63,997 nucleotides of DNA, filler included, from Dicyema japonicum (GCA_011109175.1; 11 parts of 11 records of this genome joined end to end with filler, not necessarily neighbours in it), one strand, 5' to 3'; numbered from the whole stretch's first letter, positions 26,429 through 39,960 are shown. A program made the numbers and translations. The notes: generated by a model from the sequence alone, not told the origin.

Positions 26429-27983
26429 ATGACTGAACAGGTGGAAGCGCACATTTCTAAGAGATTTGACATCAAACGACGGATCGGCAAAGGGGTTTCA
26501 GAAGTACTCAAACTAGTCATATGGGATAGTATGGAGAGCCCTCGATAAGAAATTGAATAAAACTGTGGCTTTGAAAAAAATTTTCGATGCGTTTCACAAC
26601 CAAACCGACGCACAGGCATGTATTATGGTCATAGTTAGAGGACCTTTAGGGAGATAGAAATTCTCAGACAAGTTGATAGACACGAAAATATAATCTCCCT
26701 GTTGGACGTTGTAGGTGGATTGGGCGAATCCATGGACATTTATTTAATTTTTGACTTTATGGGTGTAAATTTTACTTGAGCTCACAGAGACTGATCTCCA
26801 CAAAATTGTCCAGAAAGGAAATATTTTAAAAGACGTCCACAAACCCTACATTATTTACCAAATTTTGAGAGCAATAAAATTCCTGCATTCAGGGAATATA
26901 ATTCACAGGGATTTAAAGGTTTTGGTTCAACAATATCTTTAGCCTTCGAATATTTTGGTGAATACAAACTGCACTACTAAACTGTGCGACTTTGGATTAG
27001 CTCGGTCCCTTTCCTCCATAGAATTGGACGAATTTGATCCAACGATGACTGAGTATGTCGCTACACGCTGGTACAGATCCCCGGAGATCTTGTTGGGCTC
27101 AAAAAAGTTATAATAGTCTCACATTTCTAAGCTATACTAAGGGAGTCGATTTATGGAGTCTTGGGTGTATTCTTGGGGAGATGATATCTGGTAAACCAAT
27201 TTTTCCGGGGACCTGTTCGTTAAATCAGGTTCAAATAATCTTACAAGCTCTTCCTAAGATCGATCCAATTGGTGGGAACTGCATCTATGTGATTCTTAGA
27301 TATAGAGTCAATCAATGGCCAATATTCTTACTCCCTGCTGGTGGAGACCTTATCAAAGCCTACGAAGAGCTGTTCTTTAGAAGAAAGAGTTAGAGGGGCC
27401 GGTTTGAATGCCATGAGGATGCTAGAACGGTTGCTGATATTCAATCCAGAGAAAAGGATCTCAGCCTCGGGTGCCTTAGAGCTTGAATATGTCAAAATGT
27501 GAGTACTGTCCTCTTAATGTCAGATTCCGTGAACCAGAGAAGGAAATCACCATGTCTGGGAACGTCGAAATTAACAACGGTGACAAAATGGATATTAAAG
27601 ATTATAAAAATACAATTCTAAAACAATTTCCAAATAATGACGTCGAACACAAACAAGAATTTCAGAGGAAACCATCAAAAAGTAATATTAGTGCTGAGTG
27701 TTAAGTCGATAGAATTGAGCAAATTAAAGGTACGGAAAATTACTGTGCAGGAAACAAATGTGGGAAAAATCAAACAAAACAGTTTAACCGAAGACAATCA
27801 ACTTTTGTGTATGAAAGGTCTGTCCCACGTGAACAACGGCAAAACTGTGCTATTCCAAGTAACTTCAAACAAACTGCATCGCCATTAAAAAATAATCAAT
27901 CAAGAAAAACGTCAGCCAACCAGGACTATGGGACTATTTCGGAGAAAACTTTAAGCAATCTGAGAGGAAAATTTAATTTCTAA
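26429..27983 (+). CDS. MAPK15: MAP kinase 15 (ERK7/ERK8)
   Basis: [32 protein letters not shown] (MAPK15 signature), HRDLKPSN, DFGLARS and [13 protein letters not shown]. Introns of 22-28 nt, one GC-AG. The 3' end is approximate. Confidence 0.93.
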
Positions 27984-28274
27984 ATGTTTATAATAATTTA
28001 TTATATGTCATCTTATGTATATGGATAGTTCTGTCTTATTATTAAAGTGCCTGAGTTTAATCGAGGATTCCTTTCAGCTCCTTGTCTTTTTCAATTCTTA
28101 AGAGGCATTGTAGATCCACTTAGCTCGCGATACGTACAGCATGCACTCAAAAAGATCCGCTCTTTCTACTCCAGTGAAAAGGTACCATGAATAGACGTAT
28201 TTTTGGAAAGGTTGCTTCTCACTCCGACAATGGAAATTGAATGTACCTTGATTTCAGACGTTAATTAACTCAGC

Positions 28275-28490
28275 CTTTTCCCGGTATATTAGTGGTTAAA
28301 AAATTCACGTTTTGTGGTGCCATGTGGCTAATTGATTCAAGATTCCTGTTTGGTTCTTTTGACCTCCTCTTCCATTTTATAACAAAGTGGCGTCATGTGG
28401 GCCATCTGTCTCGGATGGCGCCTAGTGCCAGAGTAGCACGCCAAACGAGCAGTTGCTATCCCTTACTCCACTGGAGGGGTTTTTACAACT
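28275..28490 (+). mobile_element. Possible decayed tRNA(His)-derived SINE
   Basis: GGTATATTAGTGGTT...TTGTGG...GATTCAAGATTCC, a degenerate tRNA-like head followed by a GC-rich body. Confidence 0.35.
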
Positions 28491-29020
28491 GAAAAAAATG
28501 TTTTCTATTTTTTATGCTGGTTCTAAATGGACTGTGACAGTTGAATATATTAGTTAGAATTATATACGTGCTCGCTTGGATGATCCTGTTTTCTATTAGC
28601 TGTCACAGACGAGATTAGTCAGGTCATCAAGGTCTCCGCTGCCCTCAGTGCTTTTTTATGGTCAGTATTGAGAACTTCACTTGGAAGTCTATGGAATCTT
28701 TCGCTGATGCTGCAAAGTAGTCCAATGATAACAGGTTCTTTCTTAGTAACATGTCAATTCATGTATACCATTGCGGGAATCATTCAGTGTGGAAAGAAGA
28801 GATAGATTATTTTTCATATTGGTGAGACACTGAGTGTATCCCGAGACAGGTGAGTCAACTGACGCCTCAGAGCAGTAAGGAATCCAAAAATTATTTAAAA
28901 TCTAATTATACTGGAAAACTCATTTATTTTCTTTTTAAAAAATAAAAACTTATTTAAAAATAATTTATTTTTAACAAAAATTTAAAATTCAAATAAATAT
29001 ATAACTAGACTATTGTCTTT

Positions 29021-30758
29021 ATGGTTGTTGTCTAATTTACTAATATTAGTACAACAAACTAAAGTCTTTTACAAGAAGAACATTAGAAAACTTTGTACCC
29101 ATTCTTAAAGTAATAATAAACCTAAATCTTAGCAATCAGACTTTACCGATAAGGGAGTACTCACCCCTGATGAGGTATAAAAAAATGTGATTTCAAAGTT
29201 CGTATCAGCTGGGGACTATTTGACTGAGAGTTGTCAAACTTGGGTGTGGTGTACAGCTGATTCCAAATATGGGGTCTCATATCTTCCAGAAAACAAGCAG
29301 TATCTCTGTCAGCTTAACGGTTGTGGCCATGATGGTTTATTTCTAGTATTCTGTCCATTTGAGACTGATAACACTGTGTACAGATTAGATGAGGACGAAG
29401 ATGCGTTAATTATCGAAGATAAGTCCCCTGATCAAGTAAACGTCTTCTCAAAAGAAACTGAACTTAAATCCGATTTTGTCCCCACGTCAAACACTGAGGA
29501 TCCGGTTTGAATTTAAATTTTATTACAAAAATTAAATGTCATCAAAATAATATATATGCAAATATTTATATGATAATCAATTTAAAATCGAATATTAATT
29601 ATAATTTATTATTTTTAAGTGCTGATAATATGTAATAAATATCATTGATTGTTATTATATCCGTAATATTTTCTTGTTGATACTAATCGACGTAATTATA
29701 TTATTTTTAATTACTTATTGATCATCGCTTTCAATCACAGCTTGTTAATAAGTCCTATTTCGCACTTTAGCACTCCAATATGTCATTTTATTAAAAATTA
29801 ATTTCAGCTAATTACTGTGACATTTTGTTAGTTAAAAACACTCCTGAGATTCCAAAAGCCTGTGAATACTTAGGCTTCACCTTGTGTGTACGCCTTACTA
29901 TTGTTTTTTTTCTATGCAACTGTCCTCCTTGCATGCTCACGTACAGATTGGTCTCTGATGTCATTTCCCCTCGGCTTGGGTATAATACAGATCAATGCGG
30001 AGAGAGAGCGCAATTCTTTGTGGTGCGCAAAAGCCCTCACTACCATTTAAGTTGAAAAAAATTTATATATCAGACAAGCATTGCGAATTAGTTATTGATA
30101 TTTATTTATTACTTTTTTTAATTCTGTATTTATTATTATTTGAATTGTTAAAATAATGTTTATTTTAAATTTGAATTTAGCCGGTCGATTTATCTGACCT
30201 TGTGGAACATTTTCAGAATGAGCTGACTGTTGATGATTATATAATGGCTAACCAAGTTGTTGTACAATATTTTATACTAGACTGATTCTGATGAATCGGA
30301 GACTGCTCCGGTCGAAGTTGTCGAACAGTACAGGACATACAATATTTACATAACGTATGACAAGATGTACAGAGTTCCCAGAGTATGGCTTGAAGGGTCA
30401 GATCACGTTCTTTTATCTCGATTATAAATCCAGACAGGAATCCCCCTAACAGCTCCCCAAATGTTCGAAGATGTAAGTTCTGAGCACCTTGACAAGACCA
30501 TAACTTTGGAGAGATTCCCATTTCTTCAAAATAAGGGTGAAATCGCCACGATTCATCCGTGCCAGTTGTATTTGTTAGTAAACCATTTTAGTCACGCAGA
30601 GACTATGAAGAGAAGGATTGATAGTTTGGAGAAGATAGGAGAGACGATTCCAGTGCATTTGTAGGGATTTGAGTGATTGTAGATATTTGACGGTTTTTCT
30701 GAAATTCGTGCATACAATCATCCCTAACATAAAATATGACCTCACTGCTGAAATTTAA
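29021..30758 (+). CDS. ATG3: Autophagy E2-like enzyme ATG3
   Basis: FVPILKQSDFTDKGVLTPDEFVSAGDYLTESCQTWVW, YLPENKQYL, RTYNIYITYDKMYRVPRVWL, catalytic IHPC and FLKFVHTIIPNIKYDLT. Mini-introns plus one 676-nt intron (29505-30180). Confidence 0.95.
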
Positions 30759-30839
30759 TTATTTTCCGTTAATTCTTTATTTTTGAATACTTTGTTTGGT
30801 GTGAATTGTAATTTGAGATTTGACGTGGAATATTATTAG

Positions 30840-31253
30840 ATTTATTTCTACTATTTTTCAACAATCCGAATATACTCGAAACAGGTTCCATTCACTTCCC
30901 ATGTTGGAGTTGAGCAACTCTTTTCTAAACATCACTTCCATCCATATCCGCCATTGTGGGAATTTCTCTACTGGAGAAGAGAAAATCTTTTTTGGAAGCC
31001 GCCCAGTCATTGGGAATCTCCTGAATTTGGTGTATCTCATGACACCTCTAAGGAACCGAAGAAAGTAAAACCGTTGACCAACAGCATGGGAATTGAACCC
31101 GATAGCAGTGACCTTCAAATGTTTACTTTTATTGTATTCTTGCCAATTATTGGAATATTTGCTTTAAGTAGGTTGGGTAATGTTGACCTAGAAAAGAAAG
31201 CGGAAAGATACTTTTTCCTAATAGAAGGTCCGAGAATACGTCGAAAGAAATAA
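30840..31253 (+). CDS. Unidentified ORF or exon with a C-terminal hydrophobic segment
   Basis: Open frame HHFHPYPPLWEFLYWRRENLFWKPP...MFTFIVFLPIIGIFALSR...RRKK-stop. No upstream exons are evident. Confidence 0.3.
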   Translation: MYFYYFSTIRIYSKQVPFTSHVGVEQLFSKHHFHPYPPLWEFLYWRRENLFWKPPSHWESPEFGVSHDTSKEPKKVKPLTNSMGIEPDSSDLQMFTFIVFLPIIGIFALSRLGNVDLEKKAERYFFLIEGPRIRRKK

Positions 31254-31259
31254 GATATT

Positions 31260-32370
31260 GATTGACAGATGCAACTACCACTCAATAGCACCAAGTAATC
31301 AAGACATCCAGAAGGCGTTCGATTCTCTTCCGAGAACATTACTCACGACAAAAGTTTTTGACACCACCATTCAGCCGGCTTTGAAAAGATGGTTAGTCAA
31401 TTTTCTTTCCGGAAGATGAGGTCCGGTGTAGTCCATGCAAGATCGAGGTCCCGTCTTCTACCAAATGGCGTCCTTCAAGAATCGCCCCTTTCTCTGTCGC
31501 TATTCACTTTATTCCTAAATGATCTACCCTGCCCTGGAGGACCAGATTCAATGCTTCTTGCATATGCTGACGACTTAATTTGCTATCAGGAGCAAATACG
31601 TAGATATGCCAAAATCAGAGCTTCAGTCACATATTGATGACCTTGGAGTCTAGTTGAATTTGAATCGTTTCTCCATATCCAGGGATAAATCAACGCATAC
31701 TATCTTCACCACAGACAGAAGAGAAAATAAATAATGGATTTGAGCACATATGGAGATTCTTCACCTTTACAGACTCATCCAACTATTCTGGGATTGGCTT
31801 TCGACTTTTTATGACATTTTCTCAACATGTGAAAAACGTTATGACGAAGGGTCTCAGGAAACTGAATATAATGAAATCATTCTTAAAAACTGTTTCGAAT
31901 AAAGTGTCACGGAATGCGCTGTCGTTATGTACAATAAACTTTTAAAACCGACGGTTGAGTATGCTTGTGCATCATGGGCTTATGGAGTTTCAATATCCAA
32001 CTTGTACAAGATCAATTCACTAACAGTCAAATTGGTACGTTTAACGAATCTACCTGCTGATCTTTTCCCCCAATGCTTGACCACGCCTCAATCGAAAACA
32101 ACGGCTCCGGTTTCATCGGTCTGTGTGGTCACGAAACAAGTCGTTTCTTCCATTCAAGACTAGAAGCCTCAAATACACGTAAATTGGGGAAAAAACCCAC
32201 CCCTCTTCAAATCTTAATGAAAGTGATCGTCATCGATACAGGAAAGCCGTGGGTACTCTGGAGGAACATAGATAAACTTCACGATCTTTTTGAGGTGTAC
32301 CAGGATCACTTTATTAGTAGGTTACTCCTTCTTTCTTGGTGTTCCCTTCTCGGAGTTATTAAATAAATAA
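31260..32370 (+). mobile_element. Decayed Jockey/I-like LINE (RT to 3' end)
   Basis: NGVLQESPLSLSLFTLFLNDLP, LLAYADD, ILGIGF and MYNKLLKPTVEYACASW. Confidence 0.8.
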
Positions 32371-33139
32371 AATAAGTAATCGAGACATAACTGTCTCTGG
32401 AAATTACTAAAACCAACTGTTGAAACCAAAGAAAAATATCTTACTCAAATCAAAATATATGCTACCACCTTGATCTTCTTGGGTGAACTCTGAATGTTCC
32501 ACAAACCACGGTGTTTTCGTTTCGATCCCTTAATTCAAGTTTTATTGTAATCATGAGATTCTAAGGACATTCAAATACGAATAACTCTTAGTGAGTCCAC
32601 ACTATATCCCTCATTGAATGAAAAAGAGTCAATCTCTCTTGGAACTAGAACACATCCCGTACAGTTAAGATTTCTTGTCTCGTTCCAAATTCTCATTCTC
32701 GAAATAAAATGGACATTCAACTTTCCCTTCAATGAGGTAGCATAGGAATCTAATAAATACTAAAGAAAAACCCGCTCGAAATATCAACCTACCCGATATA
32801 TTGATTTGCCGTGGTGCATACAATGTTGAACCAACAGTAAATGTGTCGAGAAAAGCGCTAATTATATTGGTTCTGCCCTCTAAATATATGTTGCTTACTA
32901 TTTATTACCACAATTATGAAAGGTAATTTGATTACATTGGATACTAAACATTATAATGTAAAGCATTTTGGCACACATTTTAAACGACATTTTATTATTT
33001 TTTTCATAAATTTGGGTTCGCCGACAAAAAAAACAAAAATACATTACAAGGCCGGATACTTTTGAAATTTAATAAATATACATTATATTTACCAACTAAC
33101 AGCTAGTCGAAAATAATAAATTTGGCTTCGGTTTTGAAT

Positions 33140-33251
33140 TTCGGTCATCCAAGCTAAGAGTTGCAACGGATCGGGGAGAGTGGAGGAAACTTGTTCATGA
33201 GATCTCCAAGGGTCGGACACGACTAAATTGGACAACATAACATAATATAAT
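33140..33251 (+). mobile_element. RTE (BovB-like) 3' terminus
   Basis: ATDRGEWRKLVHEISKGRTRLNWTT, containing GGTCGGACACGACTAAA, followed by a short simple-repeat tail. Confidence 0.65.
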
Positions 33252-33399
33252 NNNNNNNNNNNNNNNNNNNNNNNNNNNNNNNNNNNNNNNNNNNNTTAAT
33301 TAATTAANNNNNNNNNNNNNNNNNNNNNNNNNNNNNNNNNNNNNNNNNNNNAAGAAATGTTTATCAAAGACGTGAGGATGTCATGGTTAGGTGGAATAT

Positions 33400-33900
33400 A
33401 AGTATTTATCAAGCGAAATCATTTATTTTTTGGTGTTCTCATAATTGAGAACGTCTTTCCCTATTACTATTGCAAGGCATTGAGCTCAATGAACCTGCTC
33501 TTTTCTTATCTATCATTTTTATCTGATGAGCGATCCGATTCTGCTTGGTATGGTCAGTGAACCGCTTCCTATTATTTCTGATGTTTCCATGGCGAATAAA
33601 TCAAAAATGTACTGTCAACCGAGACATTTGTATTTCTTCCTCTTCGAGGTCTCAGCTTTTTTGAGACAAAGCCTGGGTTAGATGCAGTCGCAGTAAGGTT
33701 GGAGGGAAAGACTATCCACACAGGTAGCGTCACAGGTAAAATATCTACCATCTTTCCAGGTGGAGAGTTGTCTCGTGAGGCCTTTTGTTAGTTGGGACCA
33801 GTTTGAAAGACTACAACATTAATTGTTCAAAGCATTTATGTTTATGAGAAAGACACCTTGGAAATGAACCACATGACGTTTTCCAATCTTATATTTAATA
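33400..33900 (-). mobile_element. Decayed CRE-clade RLE fragment
   Basis: KAETSKRKKYKCLG.QYIFDLFAMET...SRIGSLI...AQCLAIVIGK. Confidence 0.6.
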
Positions 33901-33984
33901 ATAACACCAGAGACAACGGTTAGACAAACTAACTAATCACGTGACCCAGAACGATCTAGCAGAGACCTCAACTTGGCCCGGTAC

Positions 33985-34355
33985 TAGGATATTTGGCCGA
34001 CAGGACATTAGCCGACAGACATTTTGCCGACAGATATTAGGACGACAGACATTTGGCCGACAATTCAATTAAGCATAAATGATCAATAAATACACTATGT
34101 ATTTTAATAACGGTAAAAATGGAATTTTCACAAACCACTCGTGGAAAGAGAAAACTTTTGCATGATGGCTATGGGTACATTATGGATAGACAGAGAGACA
34201 ATGTCATATATTGGAGATGTGAGCTGAAAGGAAAATGCAAAGGCAGAGTAAGAACTGTAAACGAAGAACTTAATGGAACTATGACACCACACGAACATCC
34301 ACCAAATGCAGGACGTTTACATGAGCTGAAAAACGTCAATACGATGCAAACTTAA
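33985..34355 (+). mobile_element. 5' end of a FLYWCH-MULE (Mutator-like) transposon
   Basis: About five GCCGACAG(G)ACATT subterminal repeats, then an ORF MEFSQTTRGKRKLLHDGYGYIMDRQRDNVIYWRCELKGKCKGRVRT...HEHPP (FLYWCH finger). Confidence 0.8.
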
Positions 34356-34379
34356 TTAAAAGTATTCAAGCACTGGCAG

Positions 34380-36150
34380 TAGGAGTCCAAATGATTTCCA
34401 GCACAATAAATTGTCCAGGTTTCGCTGGCAGTCTTGTGAAGGAGGCAGGGGGAGGTTGGTGGCATTCTAGGCTTCTCGTGCGTAAATTATGTCTTGGTCA
34501 ATTGAGAATTCGGGTAGGTAGTGTAGAATCCTCCTGACCAAAGGTTCGCAGGCCGTGAGTGAAGACAGATGTGCAAGAAGTGAGACGTCCAAAGTACGAC
34601 TGATTCCAAGACCCCCAAATCTAACTGGGAGTGTAGCTTGCTTCCATCTAGCATCGTCGAATTTGACATTAAATATTTGCTCCGTCGAGTTGAGGAAAGA
34701 CAAATCAAAGCGCTCAAGCTGCTCCAATTGGGAATAGTACCGGGCTGTCCTGAGTAAATAGGCGATTCTTTAATGTTAAGACTTCTTTTCATGAGGAATA
34801 GTGCTGAGTGTGAGTCAAGAAGGTGTAATCTGTCCAGTGATTTGCATAGGAGTTGTTTTTTAAAGGAGGACATGTCATCGCATTCCTAGTGATCGGGGAT
34901 CCAAGAAAAATCAATTCGTTTTCAGGGGTCGAAATCCCACCAAGAAACAAAGAGTAAAATTTTGGAACAATTGAAGAGTGGTCATAGTCAGCTAGACCAC
35001 AGTTTGTTATTTCACATTTCATTGTATTCAATTCAAGACCCACCTTGGACTACGCGGGGATGAGTACTTCCAAACTCCTGGAATACCATCTCCGGGGGAC
35101 CTCCTAGGACAGCGTCATCGAAATACCAGATGTTGAGTGGGCATCGAGAGAGCTTCGTAATCCTCTCAATTCCGAGGGAAAACAGCAGTGGTCCGAGAAG
35201 GTCGCCTTGTTGAACATTCGAGGATGATGGAACCATGAAATCCCCGTGCAATAGAGATGTAGGCTTTCCACATGAATAATTGACCAGTTAAATATGTATG
35301 GACATCTTTCTTTCCTGGCCTCCAGAATGCAGCCTCTTCTTAAACTGTTAAAAGCGTTCTTTATGTCCAGTTTTACCATAATGTGTCTTTTAAAGTATTG
35401 AATGCTGCGGTTCCTGAATGTCCTGACGAGTGAGCGGCTGCCTCACATCCAAGACGAACTCCAAAAATGTCCGGATAATATCCTGTTCATAAGAGAAGTG
35501 AGTGAGAAGGAGAGACGACATGCTTGGTCTTCAATAGTCGGTGAAATAAGGTATTTCAGATGGCTGGGCCTTAAGCAATCGAGACCTCCACTGCTGCTTG
35601 GTACAAAGTTCCATAACGCCGTGATGACATCCTCAGGCGACGTGGACAAAGGGTCACTTTTGATGGGGATGAACAGTGGCGTAAGTCATTCGGAGAGGGT
35701 GGATGCTTCTCCAATAGAATCTTGTAAATATCTGCGGTTGGATTGAGTGGTCCGCTTAAGAGTAAGAGGGCCTTCAATGCGGATCGGCTTCCTCCTTCAA
35801 GCAACTTCGATCGTACAGTCCTTCTTAGGTGAAAAATCTCTGTTTCCCGAGTTGAACTCCGAGTCTCAGTTGAACGGATGCAAAAAGACGGGAGGTCCGT
35901 AAAGTGAGTTCCATCCATAAATGCGCGGATGTTATTCTTCATTTCAATCGAGAGAAACTGTTTCCCATTGCGATCTCGGAAGGGGAGCCAAGTGCGAAAG
36001 GAGCAAAATTAAGCAAACGTACCCAATCGTTATAGAATCGGAGTGGAGAGCATCGTCGATTGCTTTGGTTAAGGCTTCGGCAGCTAGGGGCGTGCTGCTT
36101 TTGGGATCTTCACCGGGATACTCCTCGATGACCGTCGTTCATTTATATCT
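34380..36150 (-). mobile_element. CRE-clade non-LTR retrotransposon, RT region, disrupted
   Basis: FVPSSSGGLDCLRPSHLK, KLDIKNAFNSLRR, NVQQGDLLGPLLFSL, WYFDD, GLELNTMKCEI, FLGSPI and QATLPVRFGGLGI. Confidence 0.9.
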
Positions 36151-36239
36151 CAATATTTTTAAATTTTTTAAATTAAATATTAAACAGTCAAAAGAACATT
36201 TAATTAGAAAGCTTGAACAATTATGCTTTTTCTTTGACA

Positions 36240-38420
36240 ATGGCCATCGAGATAAGTGCTCGAAGCCATCCACTCTCATGTGGATCCTTGGTGGCCCTTT
36301 AGATTATTGAGCCGATCTTGCAAAACTGAAATTTATGGATCTTGGTTAGGTTCGTCGCGTCGAGGTTTGTCTCCTAAGCAGCACATGCATATCCAATTGT
36401 AGGTTCATTGTACGCTTTAAAAGGGGTCCAATCTATTTAGGCCTTCGAAGTCTCGTAGATTTGCTATAGAAGCTTTCATAAAGGTAATATTCTTCTACAA
36501 GCCGTTACTAACTTTTAAAAATTGGTTGAATTCCGGTTTATGTGGTTAAAAGAATTTTATAATATTTTGGATAAATTCATATTTTTCATTTTTTATAGGC
36601 AAATTCGGGACAAATAGCCTGTAGGCGAGTCGTACCTTAGCCTTGCTGATCTGTATCTCGACTATGCCAAGCAAGGAAAACCATTTAACACAGCATTTTT
36701 TTGACCAATTCTACAATTTCCACTTTTTGATGACGAGGCTGCATTATGCAGCATATTATCGAGGTACAAAATCAATGGCGTCAAAACAAATCCTTGTGGT
36801 GATTCAGTATATCACTCTACAACTCTGCCAAGACTATACTTAGGCGATCCCGGATATTGCAGAGAAAATCCCACATCAGAATATTTCATTCTTTCTCTTT
36901 CGGTTAAATAACAGTTCAAGGTTATCTTCCGTGATGATAACTCGTAAATGACTGAATCGGCGCCTTTGCAGAAGACGAAGATGGTTGGTATCTAATAGAT
37001 GTCCTTTTCGGACAGGATCGAACACAGCCAAGATCTTGAATTCAAATGGCTCACCCAAAATACTTATGGTCAGTTGCTTAAAGTTTCTGACCTTTTTGTA
37101 AACCTTGAGGACATAGTTAAAGTCACTAGCGAGCTCCTCCAGTTTATAACCAGAGTTCATAAAATGGATCAAATCAATACTTAAGGAGATCCAAGGAATA
37201 CTTTACAAACAGGAAATTGGAGGAAAATTAGAATCATGGCGGTTATCAGTCTCCCAATAATTTTTATGACCTCAACCAATCCAGGTCGCTTGCTACCACA
37301 GAACAGAGTCCTCCGTCCTTTATCGTCCAAAGCAACAAGTCCCCTTGGAATATTGATATTATTATAACTGGGACTGGTTCTCTGTCTAATGCAACTACCA
37401 AATCCCCGGATTCTAGTTTTCCCACTTAATCAAGGTCTTCTTATTATCTTTGATGACAGTGTAATTTCCGAGATTTATTTCCCTGTCATTTTAGTTTCTT
37501 CCCTCACAAATCCTGATTCAAATTACTGTTTAAGAAAATACTCGATAAATCTCCCTTAATGCTCCAGGACACGATAGTGCTTACATGGGTAGGTTTCCAA
37601 GTTAGAAGAGGTCGAAATTTCCTGACGGCAATCGCAAAATGTTTTCAAATTAAAGAACGGCTGACACTAAATCTTGATTTAACCGAGTGAAGTAAAATTA
37701 AAGTCGATAATCGAAAGATATTTATAATGGAAGCTAGAGGGTTAATCTCAAAAATTGAAGCAACCAATTCATATTTTTTTTCTGGTAAAATGCACAAAAG
37801 AATAAAATCAAGTTAGTCGAGAAATCGATAATATTAGAGATCAATATGAGAGATCATGTAATCTGTCATCACTCATTCATGAAGCCTAATAGGGAATCAT
37901 AAATTTAGTGTTGCCGTTATACGCTTCTCTCTTCGTGATAAGGTAAACGTCGTTACATGTGAGTTATTTGGTGAGACTTTTGGATGGTTCTTCAAGACCT
38001 TCTATGAACCTTGTCGCCTCCTAGAGTCTTCGATGTTTCTCTGTAATCAAGAGATCGTCAGGGTACGATAAAAGAATTGAGTTTCGGAAAATTTGTGATG
38101 TAAGATTATTGAGGAGCTCATTAAATATCGTTGATGACATACTTGATCCCTGTGGCCCTCCATTTTAAAGGTTTCGTACTTTTAATTTTTGGTTGTTTTT
38201 TCACCTTTAGCCTATGCGACCTTTGATTAAGTTAGTCAACCATTACTCTAGTTTTGGGTAGATCGATGTCATGAAGAATTTTGCGCTAAGAATCTTCAAG
38301 ATACTGAATTTGAAAGTCTTCTCTATATTAACTGAGACCAGAAGGTTCTCTCGTATGAGTTAGGCGTGTTTAAACCGTTAGAGAATAATTGGACAAGTTT
38401 TTTCAATGCATTTTAGTAGT
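36240..38420 (+). CDS. Probable unidentified multi-exon gene
   Basis: A series of protein-like open segments (VLEAIHSHVDPWWPFRLL, GESYLSLADLYLDY, GAFAEDEDGWYLIDVLFG, KILDKSPLMLQDTIVLTWVGF) separated by short GT-AG stretches. The full model was not resolved. Confidence 0.35.
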
Positions 38421-38479
38421 GTCTTTCGCAGAATTTACGTTTTTACATTTTAATTTCAATAATTTTTTAAATAAATCAA

Positions 38480-38700
38480 TTTTATTTAACGCAAAAATTA
38501 AAAGTTAACAACTGCTGGCTGCTCTCATAATTGAACTCATTTCCTCTTACGAATTGCAAGGAAATGCGTTCAATGAGCCAGCTCCTATCTCTTCTATCAT
38601 TTTTTTCTGATGAATGAGCAGGCCGATTCTGTTTAGCAGGACCAGTGTCCTGTTTCCTATGATTCATGACGTTTCCAAAACGAGTGATCAAAAATGAATT
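38480..38700 (-). mobile_element. CRE-clade extreme 3' fragment
   Basis: NDRRDRSWLIERISLQFVRGN matches the CRE terminal motif (WL.QR.S.AI.RGN). Confidence 0.65.
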
Positions 38701-39300
38701 GTTTACCAAGACATCATGCAAGAAGACATAATGAAGTCGTGAGTGTTTGCATTTCCACTTTTGCAAAGAGTTTGGTCTCAAAAACGAGAATAACTGAAGA
38801 CTCAGTAGTGCAATCCATTGTAATGAATGACTCAATTTGAAATCAGAGTTGACACCTTCATCAAAACGGACATAATTATTGAGCACAACAAAGCCAGACC
38901 TGTCCGTTTTGATAAAAAAAGAAACAAAATTATCTTGGTCGAAATGGGAATAACATCTTCACAAAATCTACAGCAGGTGGAATGCGAAAAGCTGAGGAAA
39001 TATGACTTTCTTTTTAAAGAGCTGAGTTGATACACCACGCAGAGGTCAAGATTGTCTCGATTGTACTCACTTGGGATGGCCAAGTGACTTCACATTCGTG
39101 GAAGTATGCCAGATCGTTGAATATAAGTGAAAGAACGTATGTTCAATTAGTGAAAAAGATCTGTTAGTATTAGTCATAATAACAAGGTTATTCAGCATAT
39201 CAGTAACAAAACCCGTTAATATGGAGACCTGTTTACATACGATCAATTCCGAAGCTTGTAATACCGAAGAACAATCCAGTTTCATTCAGACCTGTCACGC
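38700..39300 (+). mobile_element. R4/NeSL-like RLE fragment
   Basis: RRHNEVV, EIRVDTFIKTDIIIEHNK, DKKRNKIILVEMGITS, EKLRKYDFL and VLTWDG. Confidence 0.8.
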
Positions 39301-39814
39301 TCCTATGTTCATGGGATGTGTTAGTTTTAGACAGTTATGATCGGCCACTCGTGTCCATCAGTCATCCCCCATCGGGCAATCTCCATATTATCTAAACTTT
39401 CATGAATCCTAACAAATTAATTCTTGGACGTAGTCTATACGAGTATGCTTTCAACGTGGGTTTGAGTCAATCACATAGCGAAAACTGATATTGGGTGCTT
39501 TACGCAAGGATTTAATGCAATGAAAGCTGATCTGCAATCGGTTCTGGCATAAGTTGATGTAAGCAAGGAATTCTAGTCAGTACCAAAAAAAATTTTTAAA
39601 AACGAATTTTGGTCAAGGTTATTAACTCAAATAATCAACTATGGTAGTTCGACTACCTGAACTGATGACAATGCTAACAACCCAAAAAAGCTTAATACCA
39701 TGCACTGTCAAAGGTTTTAGTGATACCTAGGGATATCATGTTTAACTGTCTTCGAGTTCAATAGTTTTTATAATCTTATATTATAATGAAAGAAAACATT
39801 CCACACAGGAAACC

Positions 39815-39960
39815 GAACCTTTACCAAACACCAACCATAATCTTAACTTTAACACTAATTTTAACCTTAACCCTAACACTAAGCGTAACTTTAACCATAA
39901 TCTTAACCCTCATCTTAAACCTTAACCCTAAAGAACCCATCCCTAACTTTTTTTTCTTAA
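39815..39960. repeat. Degenerate telomere-like hexamer tract
   Basis: About 20 in-phase CCCTAA/CCTTAA/CTTTAA/CACTAA/CCATAA/TCTTAA hexamers. Confidence 0.75.

Noticed and set aside
29895-29915. CGCCTTACTA resembling U5 snRNA loop 1
   Set aside because: The flanks do not form the U5 stem, the U-run is too short, and there is no matching Sm-site architecture.
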